Shown: positions 25,567-40,381, counted from the first letter of the whole stretch. The stretch: DNA of 63,918 nucleotides, filler included, from Pirum gemmata (GCA_002812295.1; 19 parts of 19 records of this genome joined end to end with filler, not necessarily neighbours in it), one strand, 5' to 3'. Notes: a model not told the origin generated them from the sequence alone. Numbers and translations are program-made.

Positions 25567-28500
25567 GATAGACGGGTCGTAGAACCGGGGGGGGTCTACC
25601 GCCTAATAATAAAAATAGAGTCGACTACCGCCTAGGTTCTACCGCTGAGACTATCGATATTTAGTCTAGAGTTATTGTAGTGCTTTTCACTAGCTAGGTG
25701 CTTTTCAGTAGCTTTTCAGTTGTCTAGATCTTGTCATCATAAAATAGCTCCCAATTAACACAATATAAATCCATTTAATTTAATTTGGTGTATTTTATTA
25801 TCTATGTATTTATTTAAAAATGTCAACTTAAATATTATAACCCTCCAAATAAATATTCGGAGTGACAAAATAAATGAAAGGCACGATAGTCTACGATATA
25901 GTCTATCAATATTAGTATCTAGCTAGCTAGATATTAGTATCGGATACTAGGTATCGGATAAGTATCGGATATCAACGTCATACAATACTTACCAGACTTA
26001 GATCTACCATTAACCATAGTATTACTATAGTATTACCATCATCATTCTTGAATACCCTCCCTTTTAATGATATTCAATGTTGCGAATAAATACAGTTAAA
26101 TAACTGTTAAATACCATTAATTATGAGTATGATACTACGATTTTAATTTCATTATGGTTGTACCTAGATGGTTGTACTGATAGCAAATCCACTACTAGTA
26201 GTAGTGGGTTTTTAGTGTTAATCCGCACCTTTTTTTCAGCCAATTAGATTATGTATATACTGTTATTTTCCTAGTATTTTCCTGTATTTTATGGTAAAAA
26301 GGTAGGAATTAGAAGTGTTCACAACTATTTTGCAGCCTAATAACCCAACAAATGAAAATAAGAAAAGACATTTGCTCTTTTAAACAGCTGCGAAAAGCAT
26401 TAAATTCCTACCATTACCAGTGATTAACCACCACGTTCGATTTGTATTTCAAAGTTGTTTCTTAGTAAATTCCCATGTTCGAAAGTCGATCAATTAAAAT
26501 GCCAGAAAACAAAAATTGGATGCTAACAAGTGTGCAAAAAACAAGGACAAATCTGCTGCAAAAAATATTGTACTAAATTAATAAAAATACAAGCCATTTT
26601 ATTCAAACTGGTATGTTTTTTATATATTTATTAACTTTAAAAAGGTCCATTTCAAATCTTCTATACAATGAATAAGTAATAATAAAAAATTAAAATTTTT
26701 GAATCTGGCCTCTACCAGGGCTGATATCACCACTAGCTAGCTAGACTACACGGCTACACGGTATCATCATATCAATAGTGTCAGCCCCTACCAGTATTGA
26801 TAGTGGAGATTTAACGGGCCTACTATGATAGCTAGCAGCTAGACCTCTATACACGTCTAGCTAGTATGTAGACAATTAGACTACTGATTTTTTTTTTCAT
26901 GTATCATAGTTTTTATATATTATTATAGATATCATATCGATAAATCATAATATGACATGGTTATTATAACTGTTATTATTATTATTATGATTATGATACT
27001 ATTATGATTATGATTATTGTTATCAAAATAATAGTATGATTATTATCAAAATAATAGTAATAATAATTTCGCATTTGTTATTATTAATTTCATTATATTT
27101 TAAACAAGTAATGATATCAATTATAATGATGCAATATTATTGTTATCAAAATAATAGTAATAATAATTTCGTATTTGTTATTATTAATNNNNNNNNNNNN
27201 NNNNNNNNNNNNNNNNNNNNNNNNNNNNNNNNTTAATTAATTAANNNNNNNNNNNNNNNNNNNNNNNNNNNNNNNNNNNNNNNNNNNNAAAAATGAAAAA
27301 GAAAAAACAACAGTTTTTTTTTAATGCTAATTAGGTGACTGGTCACCTTCTGAGGAATAATATTATTCTTTTTCTAAAGAGGTATAGTGATAGTATCGAG
27401 AGCTGCTATCAGTAGCTATTGATATCATACACAGATGATACAGTAGTTTTACTTTTTAAAATTTAATTAAAATTTCTCTTTCTAAAGATAAAAAAAAATT
27501 AGTAACTGTTAGTAGACTACTAGCTAGCTCGCTAGCTCCTCGTACACCATTTTATCAAAATACCACTCAAGTAATAATGCATGTGCTAGTAGCTAGCTAG
27601 AACTAATAAACTATTATGATAGTTAGTGTAGGATCGTTGTAGGAACTGTTGTAGGAGTAAACAGGTTAATTGTGCGCATCATACTAGCTAGCTGCTAGCT
27701 AGTGCGCATTTTATTAAATAGACCTACTAGTGAGTTTCTAGTAGTGTATGATACCTTCTTTAATCAAATCAAACCTAAAATCATTATTTTATTTTATTCA
27801 TTTATCCATTTGTTTATTTGTTTATTTTTATATGAATAATAAAAATTTTTTTTTTTAAAATAATAATGATAATAATTTATAACCTATTAATTAAATAATA
27901 AATTTATAACACCCTTAGAAATAGCCTAGAAATAACACCCTCCCTATCCTTATCATTAGTGATACTGAGCATAATAATTTTAATTAAAAAAAAAAAACAT
28001 TATATTTTTATAAATAAATATATATTATCATAATTACTATGTTTTAATTTATTTATTTATTATAAAAGTATTAAAATACGAATTATTAGACATCGATAAT
28101 CGCAATAGTTCGCAATACATCAATCTCACTCTTTTCACCATATTTTCAGTCATCTTTCTTACTAAATTGAAAACTATTTTAGGTCTACCTTATTAAATTT
28201 TTTTTTAACTCTATTATTTGATCCCATTACTTGATACATTTTATCTAAATTTGTTACTTTTATGTTTTTTATCAAATTTATCATTTATAAATGTAATAAT
28301 TTTTAGGTCAGTTCAATTATTGTATATTATGAGGTACCCAATATGAATGGAAATTTGTCATTCAAAAACTCACTATAATATTATTGTTACACTAAAATAA
28401 GCAAAATAAAAGAAAAATTATACCATAATATTATATACATTTCGCATTTTTTAAAATAATATAACTAGTACTCTTCTACTATTATTGCTGACACTACTGC

Positions 28501-28788
28501 TGTTACTGCCACCACCATCATTGCAACAACAACAAATTCTACTATCATGATACTACTTCTACTGCTACGATTACTAGCACTATTGCCACTACATCACTAA
28601 AGCTACTACTACTACTAACTATAGCTAGCTAGTAGCTATAGTACCTACTATTAAATACTACTATTAAATACTATCGATACTACTACTACTATAGTACTGC
28701 TACTACTACTACTAGTACTACTACTACGAGTTAGTATACTTTTACTACTAGTACTGCTACTAGTGTAGTCTACCACTACGTATACTAC

Positions 28789-29061
28789 CAGTAAAAAATT
28801 TGAAGATGGAAAAATCTGAACATGGAATTGAATCTAGAAGGGCATTTTTGTCAACTAAGGCATCTAGATTGGTATTTAAAACTCTTTAATCGACATCTGG
28901 ATACACTTTTTTTTTTTGAGCAAAATAAAGGATCGAAAAAAATATCGATTCAAACGATGGCTTAAAGTCTAAAAATACCAATCTAGATGCCTTAGTTGAC
29001 AAAAATACCCTTCTAGATTCAATTCCATCTTCAGATTTTTCCATCTTCAGATCTTTTACTG
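28789..29061. mobile_element. Fold-back element with about 100-bp near-perfect arms
   Basis: CAGTAAAA...TTTTACTG termini; arms complementary over most of their length; ATACTAC on both flanks. Confidence 0.85.
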
Positions 29062-29444
29062 ATACTACTACGTATAGGTTAATTAATAATGCATACAAAA
29101 ATTCATAATAAAATTAATTCGGCAGCAATCACAATGCACATAATTAGAAAATATATATACATTTATTTATTTATAAAAATCGTTTCAAACTTTAAAATAA
29201 TAATAATTGTTCAGCTACCTAGTGGAGTGAAAATTTTGAAATAATTATTTTTAATAAATCAAAAATTTGTATGATAGTAGGTAGTAACACTACTGATTCA
29301 GCTCTACTTGTAGCAATAGCTATAGTGGTCATACTTACAAATGTACTTATTCCATTTATTAGAACTTGCAAAGTTGTCCCTATAGCTAATAACTTTAGCT
29401 CTATCACTACTAAGGCTAAGGCCAAGGCTAAGGCTAACATTATT

Positions 29445-29790
29445 TAGGGCCAGAGTTAGGGTTAGGGTTAGGGTTAAGGTAAGGGTATAGGGTTAAGGTT
29501 AGGGTTATATGCTATTAGGGTTATAAATTAGGGTTAGGGTAAGGCTAAAGGCTAACATTTATTAGGTTAGGGTTAGGGTTAAGGTATAGGGTATATATAG
29601 GGTTAGGAACTTAGGAACTTAGGGTTAGGGCTTGGGCTAGGGTTAGGGTTAGGGTTAGGGTTAGGGTTAGGGTTAGGGTTAGGGTTAGGGTTAGGGTTAG
29701 GGTTAGGGTTAGGGTTAGGGTTAGGGTTAGGGTTAGGGTTAGGGTTAGGGTTAGGGTTAGGGTTAGGGTTAGGGTTAGGGTTATGGTTAT
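29445..29790 (+). repeat. Interstitial (TTAGGG)n, longest pure run about 24 units; inverted (CCCTAA)n at 30302-30383
   Basis: Direct reading; unique DNA on both sides. Further tracts at 30827-30891, 55060-55330, 58528-58838 and 60381-60626. Confidence 0.95.
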
Positions 29791-30059
29791 ACTTAGAGGT
29801 TAATTAAGGAGCTGTTTGAGTTTAAGGTGGTCAGGGTTATAGTCGGGGTAGGTTAATTAAGGTTAGGGTCATTAATATTTAAAATAGGAATAGCTATAGT
29901 TAAATAATTTTGCTAATAAATTTAAAACACATTTTATTATTTGAATCCACACCAAAGTTATGAATTATTTGTATGTGATTGCATAATGTTCTACAGACAT
30001 ATTCCTCGTTTTTTATTACAATATTGATTTAGCCATTAATATGGGGGTTTATAACTATA

Positions 30060-30300
30060 TCGAAAGTTCTCTATATTATATATAATAAATCAATATCACG
30101 AGCCAGAAGTGGGTCTTTGAGTTCTTTTGTAATACCCGTTTATAAATTATTCTGCTAGTCACTAGTAGAGAAAAAAGTAACTCTTGGGTAGGAGCTCAAG
30201 GCGGTGAAAATAATCAATGAAAATATTATTAACTTGCAAAGTGCTATCATACAAAAGTGTACAAAACATCCTGCTTTGAGTTTCGCCCCTTTTCACCGAT
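30060..30300 (-). pseudogene. Possible decayed retrotransposon gag-like fragment
   Basis: Disrupted translation FIDYFHRLELL...FING/ITKELKDPLLARD resembles the gag YxxRF...FxxGLxxxIK pattern; weak. Confidence 0.25.
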
Positions 30301-31270
30301 ACCTAACCCTAACCCTAACCCTAACCCTAACCAACCCTAACCCTAACCCTAACCCTAACCCTAACCAACTCTAACCCTGACCCTTTCANNNNNNNNNNNN
30401 NNNNNNNNNNNNNNNNNNNNNNNNNNNNNNNNTTAATTAATTAANNNNNNNNNNNNNNNNNNNNNNNNNNNNNNNNNNNNNNNNNNNNGCAATGACTTTT
30501 ATCAAAGAATAAGTGACGTCCTTTTTGAATGTTCCCCTACCGAGCTGTCTGAAAAGAAAGCTAAATAAACTTAAAATTTGGTATTAATATTAACTTTAAT
30601 TTTTTATCATTATAATATTATTATATTAAAATATACACGTGAGAGCTGTGTAATATCAATTACGGTATTATATTAAAAGCTACAAGTTAAGAGCTAAGTT
30701 AAGCTACACCCTTTGAAGGTCCTCTTTCGTAATAATAAAAATCTTATATAAATAAAGCCAAAATACTAAGCAATATTAAAATATATTATAATTATGTAAA
30801 ATAAAATAAAATAAAACGTACTAGCAACCCTAACCCTAACCCTAACCCTAACCCTAACCCTAACCCTAACCCTAACCCTAACCCTAACCTAAAATAAAAC
30901 AATACTTATAAGCAGCCAGCCAAGCAGCTTATAAAAGCTACGTGCTACGTAGTGTATTATAGCTTATATTATAGGCTGTATATGATATTGATTAATAAAA
31001 GAAAAATAAGAAGAAAAGACTTGAAAAAGAGCTTGTATAATACATTGAGCTGGCTGTGTTTGTTCGGGGAAATATAGATTTATCAAACGTTGCTATATAT
31101 AATAAAAATCAGGACATTTAATTTTTAAAGCTACATTTAATTAATAGTCATTTAATGACCTATTAACAATGTCTAGTATAATATTATATATATTATCTTA
31201 TTAAAGTTGTTATCTCTTTTATTCAAATCAATCAGATGGTGGTTCAGCTCGAGCCTGGATGTACAAGACT

Positions 31271-31504
31271 AGTAGGGGTGAGATGACGTCATTTTATTAT
31301 TACCGAACAGCTGCCAGAACTTTTCCAATTTTATGGCTTTTATTACTATCAATGTTAATATTATTACTTTAATTGGTATCTACTATAATTATATTTACTA
31401 TTTTAAGATATTTAACTGCTATTATTAGTAAGAAGCACGGAACTAAGGTTGGCTCGATAAGCATCTGTTCGAAAAAAGTTCCAGTAGATATCTCACCCCT
31501 TACT
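31271..31504 (+). mobile_element. MITE family A copy with 8-bp TSD ACAAGACT
   Basis: TSD at 31263-31270 and 31505-31512. Confidence 0.93.
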
Positions 31505-31649
31505 ACAAGACTATAAGCAGAGAGAGAGAGAGCTATTTTAAAGCAGTTCAATGCTAAGCAGAAAGCCAGCAGAGCTACAAGCGGTTACGGTAAGTATGCA
31601 TAATGCATAGGTTACAGCTTTATCTGCAGAGCTTTTGATAAGCTTTTAA

Positions 31650-31845
31650 TGTAATGTAGCTGCTTTTATTGCCGCTTTTATATGATAACTTTATGAAATT
31701 GGTGCTTTTTTTTCTTTTCTTTAGTAATGTAGCTGCTTTTATTGCCGCTTTTATATGATAACTTTATGAAATTGGTGTTTTTTTTTCTTTTCTTTAGTAA
31801 TGTAGCTGCTTTTATTGCCGCTTTTATATGATAGCTTTATGCAGT
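31650..31845 (+). repeat. About 73-bp tandem, 2.6 copies
   Basis: TAATGTAGCTGCTTTTATTGCCGCTTTTATATGATA occurs three times. Confidence 0.9.
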
Positions 31846-31896
31846 AGTTTCTTAAAAGTTTTTTTTCTTCTTTAGTAATTTCGATAAGCTTTAGAC

Positions 31897-32267
31897 TAGT
31901 ATTAGTATTAGTATTAATATTAGTATGAGTATCAGTATCAGTATTAATAATATTATCAGTATTAATATTATATTAGTATTAAAATATTAGAGTATTAGTA
32001 TTAGTATTAGTATTAGTGTTAGTATTAGTATTAGTATTAGTATTAGTGTTAGTATTAGTATCAGTATCAGTATTAGTATTAGTATTAGTATTAGTATTAG
32101 TATTAGTATTAGTATTAGTATTAGTATTAATATTAACATTAGTATTAGTATTAGTATTAGTAGTAGTATTAGTATTAGTATTAGTATTAGTATCAGTATG
32201 AGTATTAGCAACGACAACAACAACAACAAAGCTAAGGACAACGACTTCAACAAACGTCAATAACGTC

Positions 32268-32309
<42 letters not shown>

Positions 32310-32400
32310 AACAACAATTAGTATTAGTATTAGTATTAGTATTAGTATTAGTATTAGTATTAGTATTAGTATTAGTATTAGTATTAGTATTAGTATTATT
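31897..32400 (+). repeat. (AGTATT)n with internal (CAA)n
   Basis: Direct reading. Confidence 0.95.
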
Positions 32401-32614
32401 AATACGATATTAGAAATTGCTAATAGACACAAGAACAGCATTTCATTTAAAAGCACTATAGGAGCGTTCGAATACTACGTTACGCCAATTTCCTGTCAAA
32501 TACAGCTTCAAATACCCCTATCTACCTACCCCTTGACGTTAATTTCCGGTCAAATACCACCTACTTACCTACCCCTTGACGTGACGTATTATTTGAAAAC
32601 GCTCTCTTGGATTT

Positions 32615-32920
32615 AGGCCTCTCCCAATTCTGCTCGAGCCCGAAAGCTCGAATTTCTGATATCGAAAAAAAAGCCGAAATTCAGCCCTGTTCGAAATTAA
32701 TTTTTTTCATTTTTTCGGGTTTATAAATAAATAAATTCTGCTCGAGCCTCGAATTTCTGCTATCGAAAAAAAAAGCCGAAATTCAGCCCTGTTCGAAATT
32801 GATTTTTTTCATTTTTTCGGGTTTATAAATAAATAAATATACTTGAATACTTAACTGTTTGTTAGCTTAAAATTTTCGAACTTATTTAATTAATGCATAG
32901 GCTCGAAAACTCTATTTTTC
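32615..32920 (+). repeat. Dispersed repeat family F with an internal about 110-bp duplication (reverse copy at 59740-59945)
   Basis: AATTCTGCTCGAGCC...GAAATTCAGCCCTGTTCGAAA occurs twice here and reversed near 59850-59930. Confidence 0.8.
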
Positions 32921-33525
32921 AAACAGCAGAATCGGAACAGTAACAGTAGAGGGGTTGTAGAATGGCTGCAGACGGGGGTCTATTTTTTTTTTTATAATAC
33001 GTCACGAGACTCAAAGTAGCTGGGCAAGTTCCCGAGCAACAGTCTAAAAAAGGCGAAAAAATCCGTCTAAAAAAGGCGAAAAAATTCGTCGTCTAAAAAA
33101 GGCGAAAAAATTCGACGTCTAAAAAAGGCGAAACACTGGCGAAACACACTGGAAAACACCAAGGTACCGATTATTGCAAAACCCTTTTTTCAAAAGATAT
33201 GATACGAAAAAAAGCTAAAAAATAGTATACTATTATACTACTATTATACTACTATTATTACAGCTATTATTACTATATATACATTATTACACTATTATTA
33301 CGGATACCTGGCAAGTATGATATCGATAAAGAGTTAAAGTAAAGTAGCTTTGTGTTTGTTTATTATAATAATTTGTACTTTTTTGTTTTGTTTTATTTTG
33401 TTTTATTTGTTATTATTATATTAAATATAAGTGTACCCTTCGAGGCATCTTTTATTATTATCAATATATCATAACTAAAACCATAACTAAAAAAAGCTGT
33501 AAAAAATAGCCTATGCACGTAAGGG

Positions 33526-33680
33526 AGTAGGGGTGAGATATCTACTGGAACTTTTTTCGAACAGATGCTTATCGAGCCAACCTTAGTTCCGTGTTCCTTG
33601 CTAATAATAGCAGATAAATAGCTTAAAATAGTAAATTCAATTATAGTAGATACCAATTAAAGTAATAATATTAACATTAA
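33526..33680 (-). mobile_element. MITE family A, partial (another partial at 61054-61248)
   Basis: One TIR plus internal sequence; runs to the contig end. Confidence 0.85.
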
Positions 33681-36600
33681 ATTTGATNNNNNNNNNNNNN
33701 NNNNNNNNNNNNNNNNNNNNNNNNNNNNNNNTTAATTAATTAANNNNNNNNNNNNNNNNNNNNNNNNNNNNNNNNNNNNNNNNNNNNTAAAAAAGTCAAT
33801 TTAAATATCATAACCAACCAAATAAATATTTGGAGTGACAAAATAAATAAAAAGCACAATACTCTATAATTATATTATCATGTATTGACTATCGTACGAG
33901 TATCGTAGGTTTCACGTGGGTTTGTGTTGATGGGTGGCATCATAATTGTTGTTTTGAGATTGTTGTTACGATAATTTGTATAATTATTTTCATAATTATC
34001 AATTAAGAAATTTTAATGTATGGACTTATTTATTATACGTTAATTATTTATTATTCACTATTGTACTAACACTATTGCATCGATAGTAAATATTATTTAT
34101 TAGACTAAAAATTATAAATGTAGTCATGAGGTCTAAAGTTATGTTATACTAAGTCTATGATAATATGATAATGTCTATATGATATTAATGATATTGATAC
34201 CACTATTACCCAACTATCGATATTAATAGACTATAATATTATATAATACTATCAATACCACTACCACATATATTAGATCATGATGATATGATATATTAAT
34301 ATTATAATGAGACCAATTAATAGTATTAATTGGGATAAAACATACTTAAATTAAAACATCTTCTTCAATAGTTTCTTCAATCCCAAAAAATCATAATATT
34401 ATAATATATTATGAGAATATTATGATCGTCGAACCATCGTTAAACACATTCTAACAGCTAGACTTATGATATCGATATCGTGCTTTTCAGCTAGTGCTTT
34501 TTAGTTGTTTTGTCATCATAAAATATAAAATAAAGAGTACTAAATTAATACAATATAAATCCATTTCATTTAATTTGGTATAATATTTTATTATCTAGGT
34601 CTATTAAATTTTATTCATTTAATTAAAAATGGCAATTTAAATACCATTATAACCAACTAAATAAATATTCGGAGGTGACAAAATAAATGAAAAGCACAAT
34701 AGCTAGTCTAGAGTAGTAGACTCAGGTAGTAGACTTGGTTCAAGGAGTTCAATGAGCTCCTTGATTCTCACTCAGACTTGCTCTTTGCTTGGTTGTAAAA
34801 AAAAGCTGATGAACAAGAAAAAAGCTAGACCTCCTAGTATCCTACTGCTGCTAGAAATTTTAGCTACTAGTCTAGCTAGACTAGCTAGCTAGAATAGTAA
34901 AGCTATTTTTAAAAAACGGAGAAACAATATAAAACAAGTATAAAACACTATCATATCGATAATACCCAGATGTAGAGGAATTGTAGACTATCTGATATCA
35001 TATAATAATACCCCCCACTTATCTAGCTAGCTAGCTAACACTTACCCCACTTTTCTTTTTATAATTATAATATAATCGTAATTATAATAATATAAGCCGA
35101 ATAAAAATTGCGACATCCACTTCAAAAATCAGAAAATATTAAAATGCACCAATTTTACTGCCAATTTTAAAAGCTCTCATTTTAATAAAAGTACTACCAA
35201 ATTTTGAGAAAATTTAATAGTAATTTGGTCTATTTTATAAACCATGAGACGCTAGCCATGAGACGAGGGGGGTCTTCTTCTCTGGTCTTATTCCTGTCCT
35301 GTCTTATTCTATAAACAAATAAACGTGTCATGGTTAAATGATCTAGGTTTTTAAAAATGATGGTTTACTTTTAATTTTGATATTTTTTGGATTTTTGAGC
35401 GCATATGGCAGATGCCGCCATTTTTATCCACAGTTGAGTCTACGCTAGCTACTAGTAGACGCTAGCTAGCTAAGCTAGCTAGCTAGGTCTACGAATCTAC
35501 GATATATGATATCAAAAAAAAAAAGTACCTGTTTTCACTCAGTTTTCCTTTATGATTTATAAAAAGGAGTATATCAGTAGCTTAGTATAGGTTATAGTTA
35601 ATGGATATAGTTTTAAAAATTGAAGTTGTAATTTGTTGATTTGTTTCATAATACGTGTATACTTTGGTATAAGTTAATGATTTGATTGTCATTTTGTTTT
35701 AGCTTCTGTACTTTTCATAATAATACTATAATAAAATATAGTCTATGATAATAAGCAATTGTATTGTTCTTTGTTGTAGAAATATTGGTTTTTAAAACCT
35801 TTGTTCCTAGAATTATATATAACGTTAACGTTGTTGTGGGTTTTGTTGGAGTTGTCGTCTAATATTAAATACTATCATAAATAATGATATTGATACCAAC
35901 TTCTAGCTACTTCTAGCTAGCTAGAGTCTAGCTACTAGTTACTAACTAGTAGCTAGTCTCTGATATTTCACACTTCCTGTCCAGACTGCTACTAGTAGCT
36001 AGCTAGAGTCTGCATGTTACATGTACTGGTAGACTATTGACCCCTACCGGTATCATAGCTAGTGAACTGTGGACTAACTACTATGATATCATAGTACGAT
36101 ATCGATACTACTAGCTTAGTAGTAGTACGATATAGCATCCTTGTTTTCAGTTGTTTTGTCATCATAAAGAGTACCAAATCAATACAATATAAATCCATTT
36201 CATTTAATTTGATATATTTTATTTTCTATTTATTCATTTAAATTAAAAAAGTCAATTTAAATATAATAACCAACCAAATAAATATTTGGAGTGAAAATAA
36301 ATGAAAAGCACAATATCGACAGTTGGGTGATAGTCTAGTGGTATTTATTCATTTAACAATGTCAATTAAAAAATTATAACCAACCAAATAAATATTCGGA
36401 GTGACAAAATAAATGAAATAGCTACCGTGACCATGAGTGTTCGTCAAGAGCTCAGGAAATTTTTCTTTTCTTGAACTCCTTCATTACCACGCCCAAGGGT
36501 ACTAAGTGGGCAGACGGTCACTGTAGGCCTTGGATAGACTGTCTATCGATAGGTACTAATTTTGACTTCTTTTCTAAAACCTTTAATTAAAACTAGCCAA

Positions 36601-37056
36601 ATTATTTTTATTGGTTCATAATAGAGTTTTCTTACGTTATAAGACTTCTCAAATTTTGGTAGTACTTTTATTTTTAAAAAAAAAATAATAAAATAAAATT
36701 GGATTTTGTTGAGATTTTCTGGATTTTTGGTATCATAGTCTACTCATTTTTGAACTATTTTTGAGCTCAGGTCTAAAAATGATAAAATCGCCATGCTTCA
36801 ATGGTAGACAGACTATCCTATTACTATCCTATTTTTTTAAAAAAAGTTATACAATTTTAAAAAACAGACTTTTTTTAAAAAAAAGTTATTAAATAGTATG
36901 GTGGACGCAACTTATACATAACAGTATCTNNNNNNNNNNNNNNNNNNNNNNNNNNNNNNNNNNNNNNNNNNNNTTAATTAATTAANNNNNNNNNNNNNNN
37001 NNNNNNNNNNNNNNNNNNNNNNNNNNNNNTTATTATTATTATTATTATTGTACTAC

Positions 37057-37104
37057 CGTTTTTCTAATTCTCCAAAGAGGAATGAACTCATCTTCCTGTG
37101 ACAT
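37057..37104 (-). CDS. RPB5: Probable first exon of RNA polymerase I/II/III common subunit RPB5
   Basis: MSQEDEFIPLWRIRKT followed by a GT donor resembles the RPB5 N-terminus (acidic start, LWxIRKT); only 16 codons before the contig end. Confidence 0.55.
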
Positions 37105-40100
37105 ATTATATTATTGAACAAAATATAAAATAACAAACGTGACAAAACCTAAAAAAAGTAAAGAACGATAAGAATAGTGAATGGTTTCAAATTTTATAAA
37201 ACAAATTATATAAAATAAATAATAAAATATTAAAAAATAAAAATTAATTTATTTATTTAAATTTAAAAAAAATAAATAATAAAATATTAAAAAATAATAA
37301 TTTGTTTATTTATTATCAAATTAATATGTAATTTAAAGGCTTCATAGTAATAAGAAAATTTAAAGTGCAATTTTTTTTTGGGGGGTTTTTTTTTTTTTCT
37401 TGATTTCATGCTTGTTCAAAAAAAGTCAATGACATTTCAAAGCCTTTTTTAAATGTTTACTAATTAACTTACTAAAAGTTTTATTGGACTTTTTCTAATT
37501 TAGGTCTGTTTAGCCCCGGAATATTTTGCGTAAAAATAATATCGCACCTTTATCGTTTGGAGGAGCATGGTTTGCCCACTTATTTTCGTTTGGGGCTCGA
37601 ACAGCTGCTCGAACGGATTCTAACTAAACCTTTTTTTTTGGAAAAAAATAAGTCACAGTTAGTATTTTATTAGGCTCGGTTCTTCGCTGGAAAGGAAATA
37701 AGGTAAAATTAGTGTAAAATTCTTTATTTCTTACCGGTATATAAATAAATATAAATAAGCAATAAATTTCGTTTACTTCTAATACGGTAATATACTGGTA
37801 TTTCGTTTTATTATTAACTTTTATGATATAGCATATGCTATATATGGTTATTAGTAGCTATATTTAAAATTAATAAATCACATACCGGTATCATATTCTA
37901 TTAATATACTTATCATATTATAGTTATCATAATATCAGCTATAAAATATCATATTATCTTGATTCTTGATAGAATGATAGAAATGGCTGTAGAAATGGAG
38001 AGATCAAGTGAAACAAACAAGTGTGAAACAACTTGAGTGGCCTCATGACTCTCATAAAACACCCAATTTTTGATTTAAAAATGACGTATTAATAATGCCT
38101 TTTTTTATTAATAAAAATAGTTAAGGGAGAGGGTTTATATTAAATATTAATACTAGCTAGTTTATACAAATCCATTTCATTTAATTTGGTATATTTTATT
38201 ATTAATATCCATTTATTCATTTAACAATGTCAATTAAAAAGTTATAACCAACCAAATAAATATTCGGAGTGATAAAATAAATGAAAAGCGCTATATACTA
38301 CTAATATAGATTATGATATACCGGTATGCTATGATAATAGGTCTATGCATATTGATACATATTGATAAATTTATTTTGTCACTCTAAATATTTATTTAGG
38401 GGGTTATAATATTTAAATTGACATTTTTAATAAATAAATACATAGATAATAAAATATACCAAAATTTAAATATATCAAATGGATTTATATTGTATTTATT
38501 TGGTACTATTTATTGTATATTTCATGATGACAAAACAGCTGAAAACCACCTAAAGCACTATAACATTATATATTGATATTTAATTAAAATATAATCATAG
38601 ACTATAGACCTAGAGAGAGTCTAGTAGAGAGAGTGGGGTCATAACGTATCATACTATAACGTACTATAACATACTTCTATAACATACTATATAATCATTA
38701 GTCTATCGATAAATATATAGTCTATATAACGTATCGATACTATAAAGTACTATAACGTACTATAACATACTATATAACGCAGATATAACGCATATGATAT
38801 CGATAGTCTATCGTGTTTAAAATATATATTAATAGTTGACCAGTTCAAAAACTAAAATAATCGTACCAAATTATTATTATGGTTTAACTATCAGGCATGT
38901 TTTAATTGATTTGGTATTTTATACACAAGTTCAATTGTAAACTTTAAAAGTACCAAATTAAAGATTGAGAGAGCAATTATTGTAATAAAATAGACGATAG
39001 TCTATCATAATTGTAACCTACTTACCTATCCAGACCTACTTACTATCATGATAATGTATATTACACTGTTCTAGTCTACTGTTCCTACAAAACAAGAACT
39101 TTTTTTTTTTTTTTTTTATCATTAGACTAGACTATCATACCTACTGATAACTACCAAGCTGGATAAAAATAATGATCCAATTTTAATAAAAGTACTACCA
39201 AAGTTTGAGAAATTTCCTAACCAAAAAAACTCTATTATAAACCAATGGTTAGTTTTTAAAAATAATTTGGCTAGTTAACATGAAAGTTTTTTAGAAAAGA
39301 AGTCTAGACTACCAGTAGACCCTGCCAGTAGACCAGTTAGTAGACCGTCTAGACCCCCTAGCTAGCTAGAGTAGACCCCGGTCTAGCTAGCTACTAGAGA
39401 CTAGACTACAGGTTTATCCGTCCTGGCTGTTTTTTTTTAAAAAAAAAAATTAATATAAATAGACCCTAAATGAATAATGGTAAACTGGCACTCAGTAGTA
39501 GTAAACTGGTATCTACAGACTTATCAATATTTACAATAGCACCAGTAGACTATCAAAAAAAAAAAAAAAAAAATTGTTTCGAGTAAGTTTTGAGACTGTT
39601 TTGAGAACTGTTTTGAGACTGTTTTGAGTATCACCAGATTCACCACCAATTCACCAGCGGGGGCTGCGGGGCGCTGGGCAGACAACAAATATAGAGCTTA
39701 TTCTACCAAATTTAGTTATTAAGCCTTTGTAATGGATAAAATTAGTACAAAATTACAAAATTGTTAAATTTTTAAAATAAAAAATGCCCAAATACAGTCC
39801 AAATACCATGGTAGCTTTATTTTTTTAACAGCCAAGAGTCAGCCAAGCCGTATAAAACTGCAGATCATTTTTTTTTTTAAGACTTCTTTTCTAAAAACCT
39901 TTAATGATAACTAGCCAAATTATTTTTTTAAAAACTAGTCATTGGTTCCTAATAGAGTTTTCTTACTTAGAATTTCTCGAAATTTGGTAGTACTTTTATT
40001 AAAATCGGTGTATTTTAAGATTTTCCAGATTTTGCTGATCGGATGTCCAGCTTAGCAGTTAAAAAAAAAAAAAAAAAACCTAGGCCTGGTCTACGATACC

Positions 40101-40381
40101 AGACCAGGTAGAACAGGAGACTAGACAAAAAATGATTCTTTTTTTTTTTTCGAAAAAGACGTCATCTCACCCTTCGGGCCTCGGCTCCAGTTTTTTTTCA
40201 GAGTTTTTTTTTTTTTTTTTGAATGTGACTAAATAGTAAAATGTGATTTGTGAAANNNNNNNNNNNNNNNNNNNNNNNNNNNNNNNNNNNNNNNNNNNNT
40301 TAATTAATTAANNNNNNNNNNNNNNNNNNNNNNNNNNNNNNNNNNNNNNNNNNNNATAAATAAATAAATAAATAAATAAAT

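Noticed and set aside
26340..26620. Cys-rich decayed coding-like text (also 28080-28400, 44983-45249, 58900-59400)
   Set aside because: Multiple stops and no motif I can identify with confidence.
29636..29783. Ciliate-style nanochromosome ends
   Set aside because: Tracts are internal and variably oriented, and no contig is capped CCCTAA...TTAGGG.
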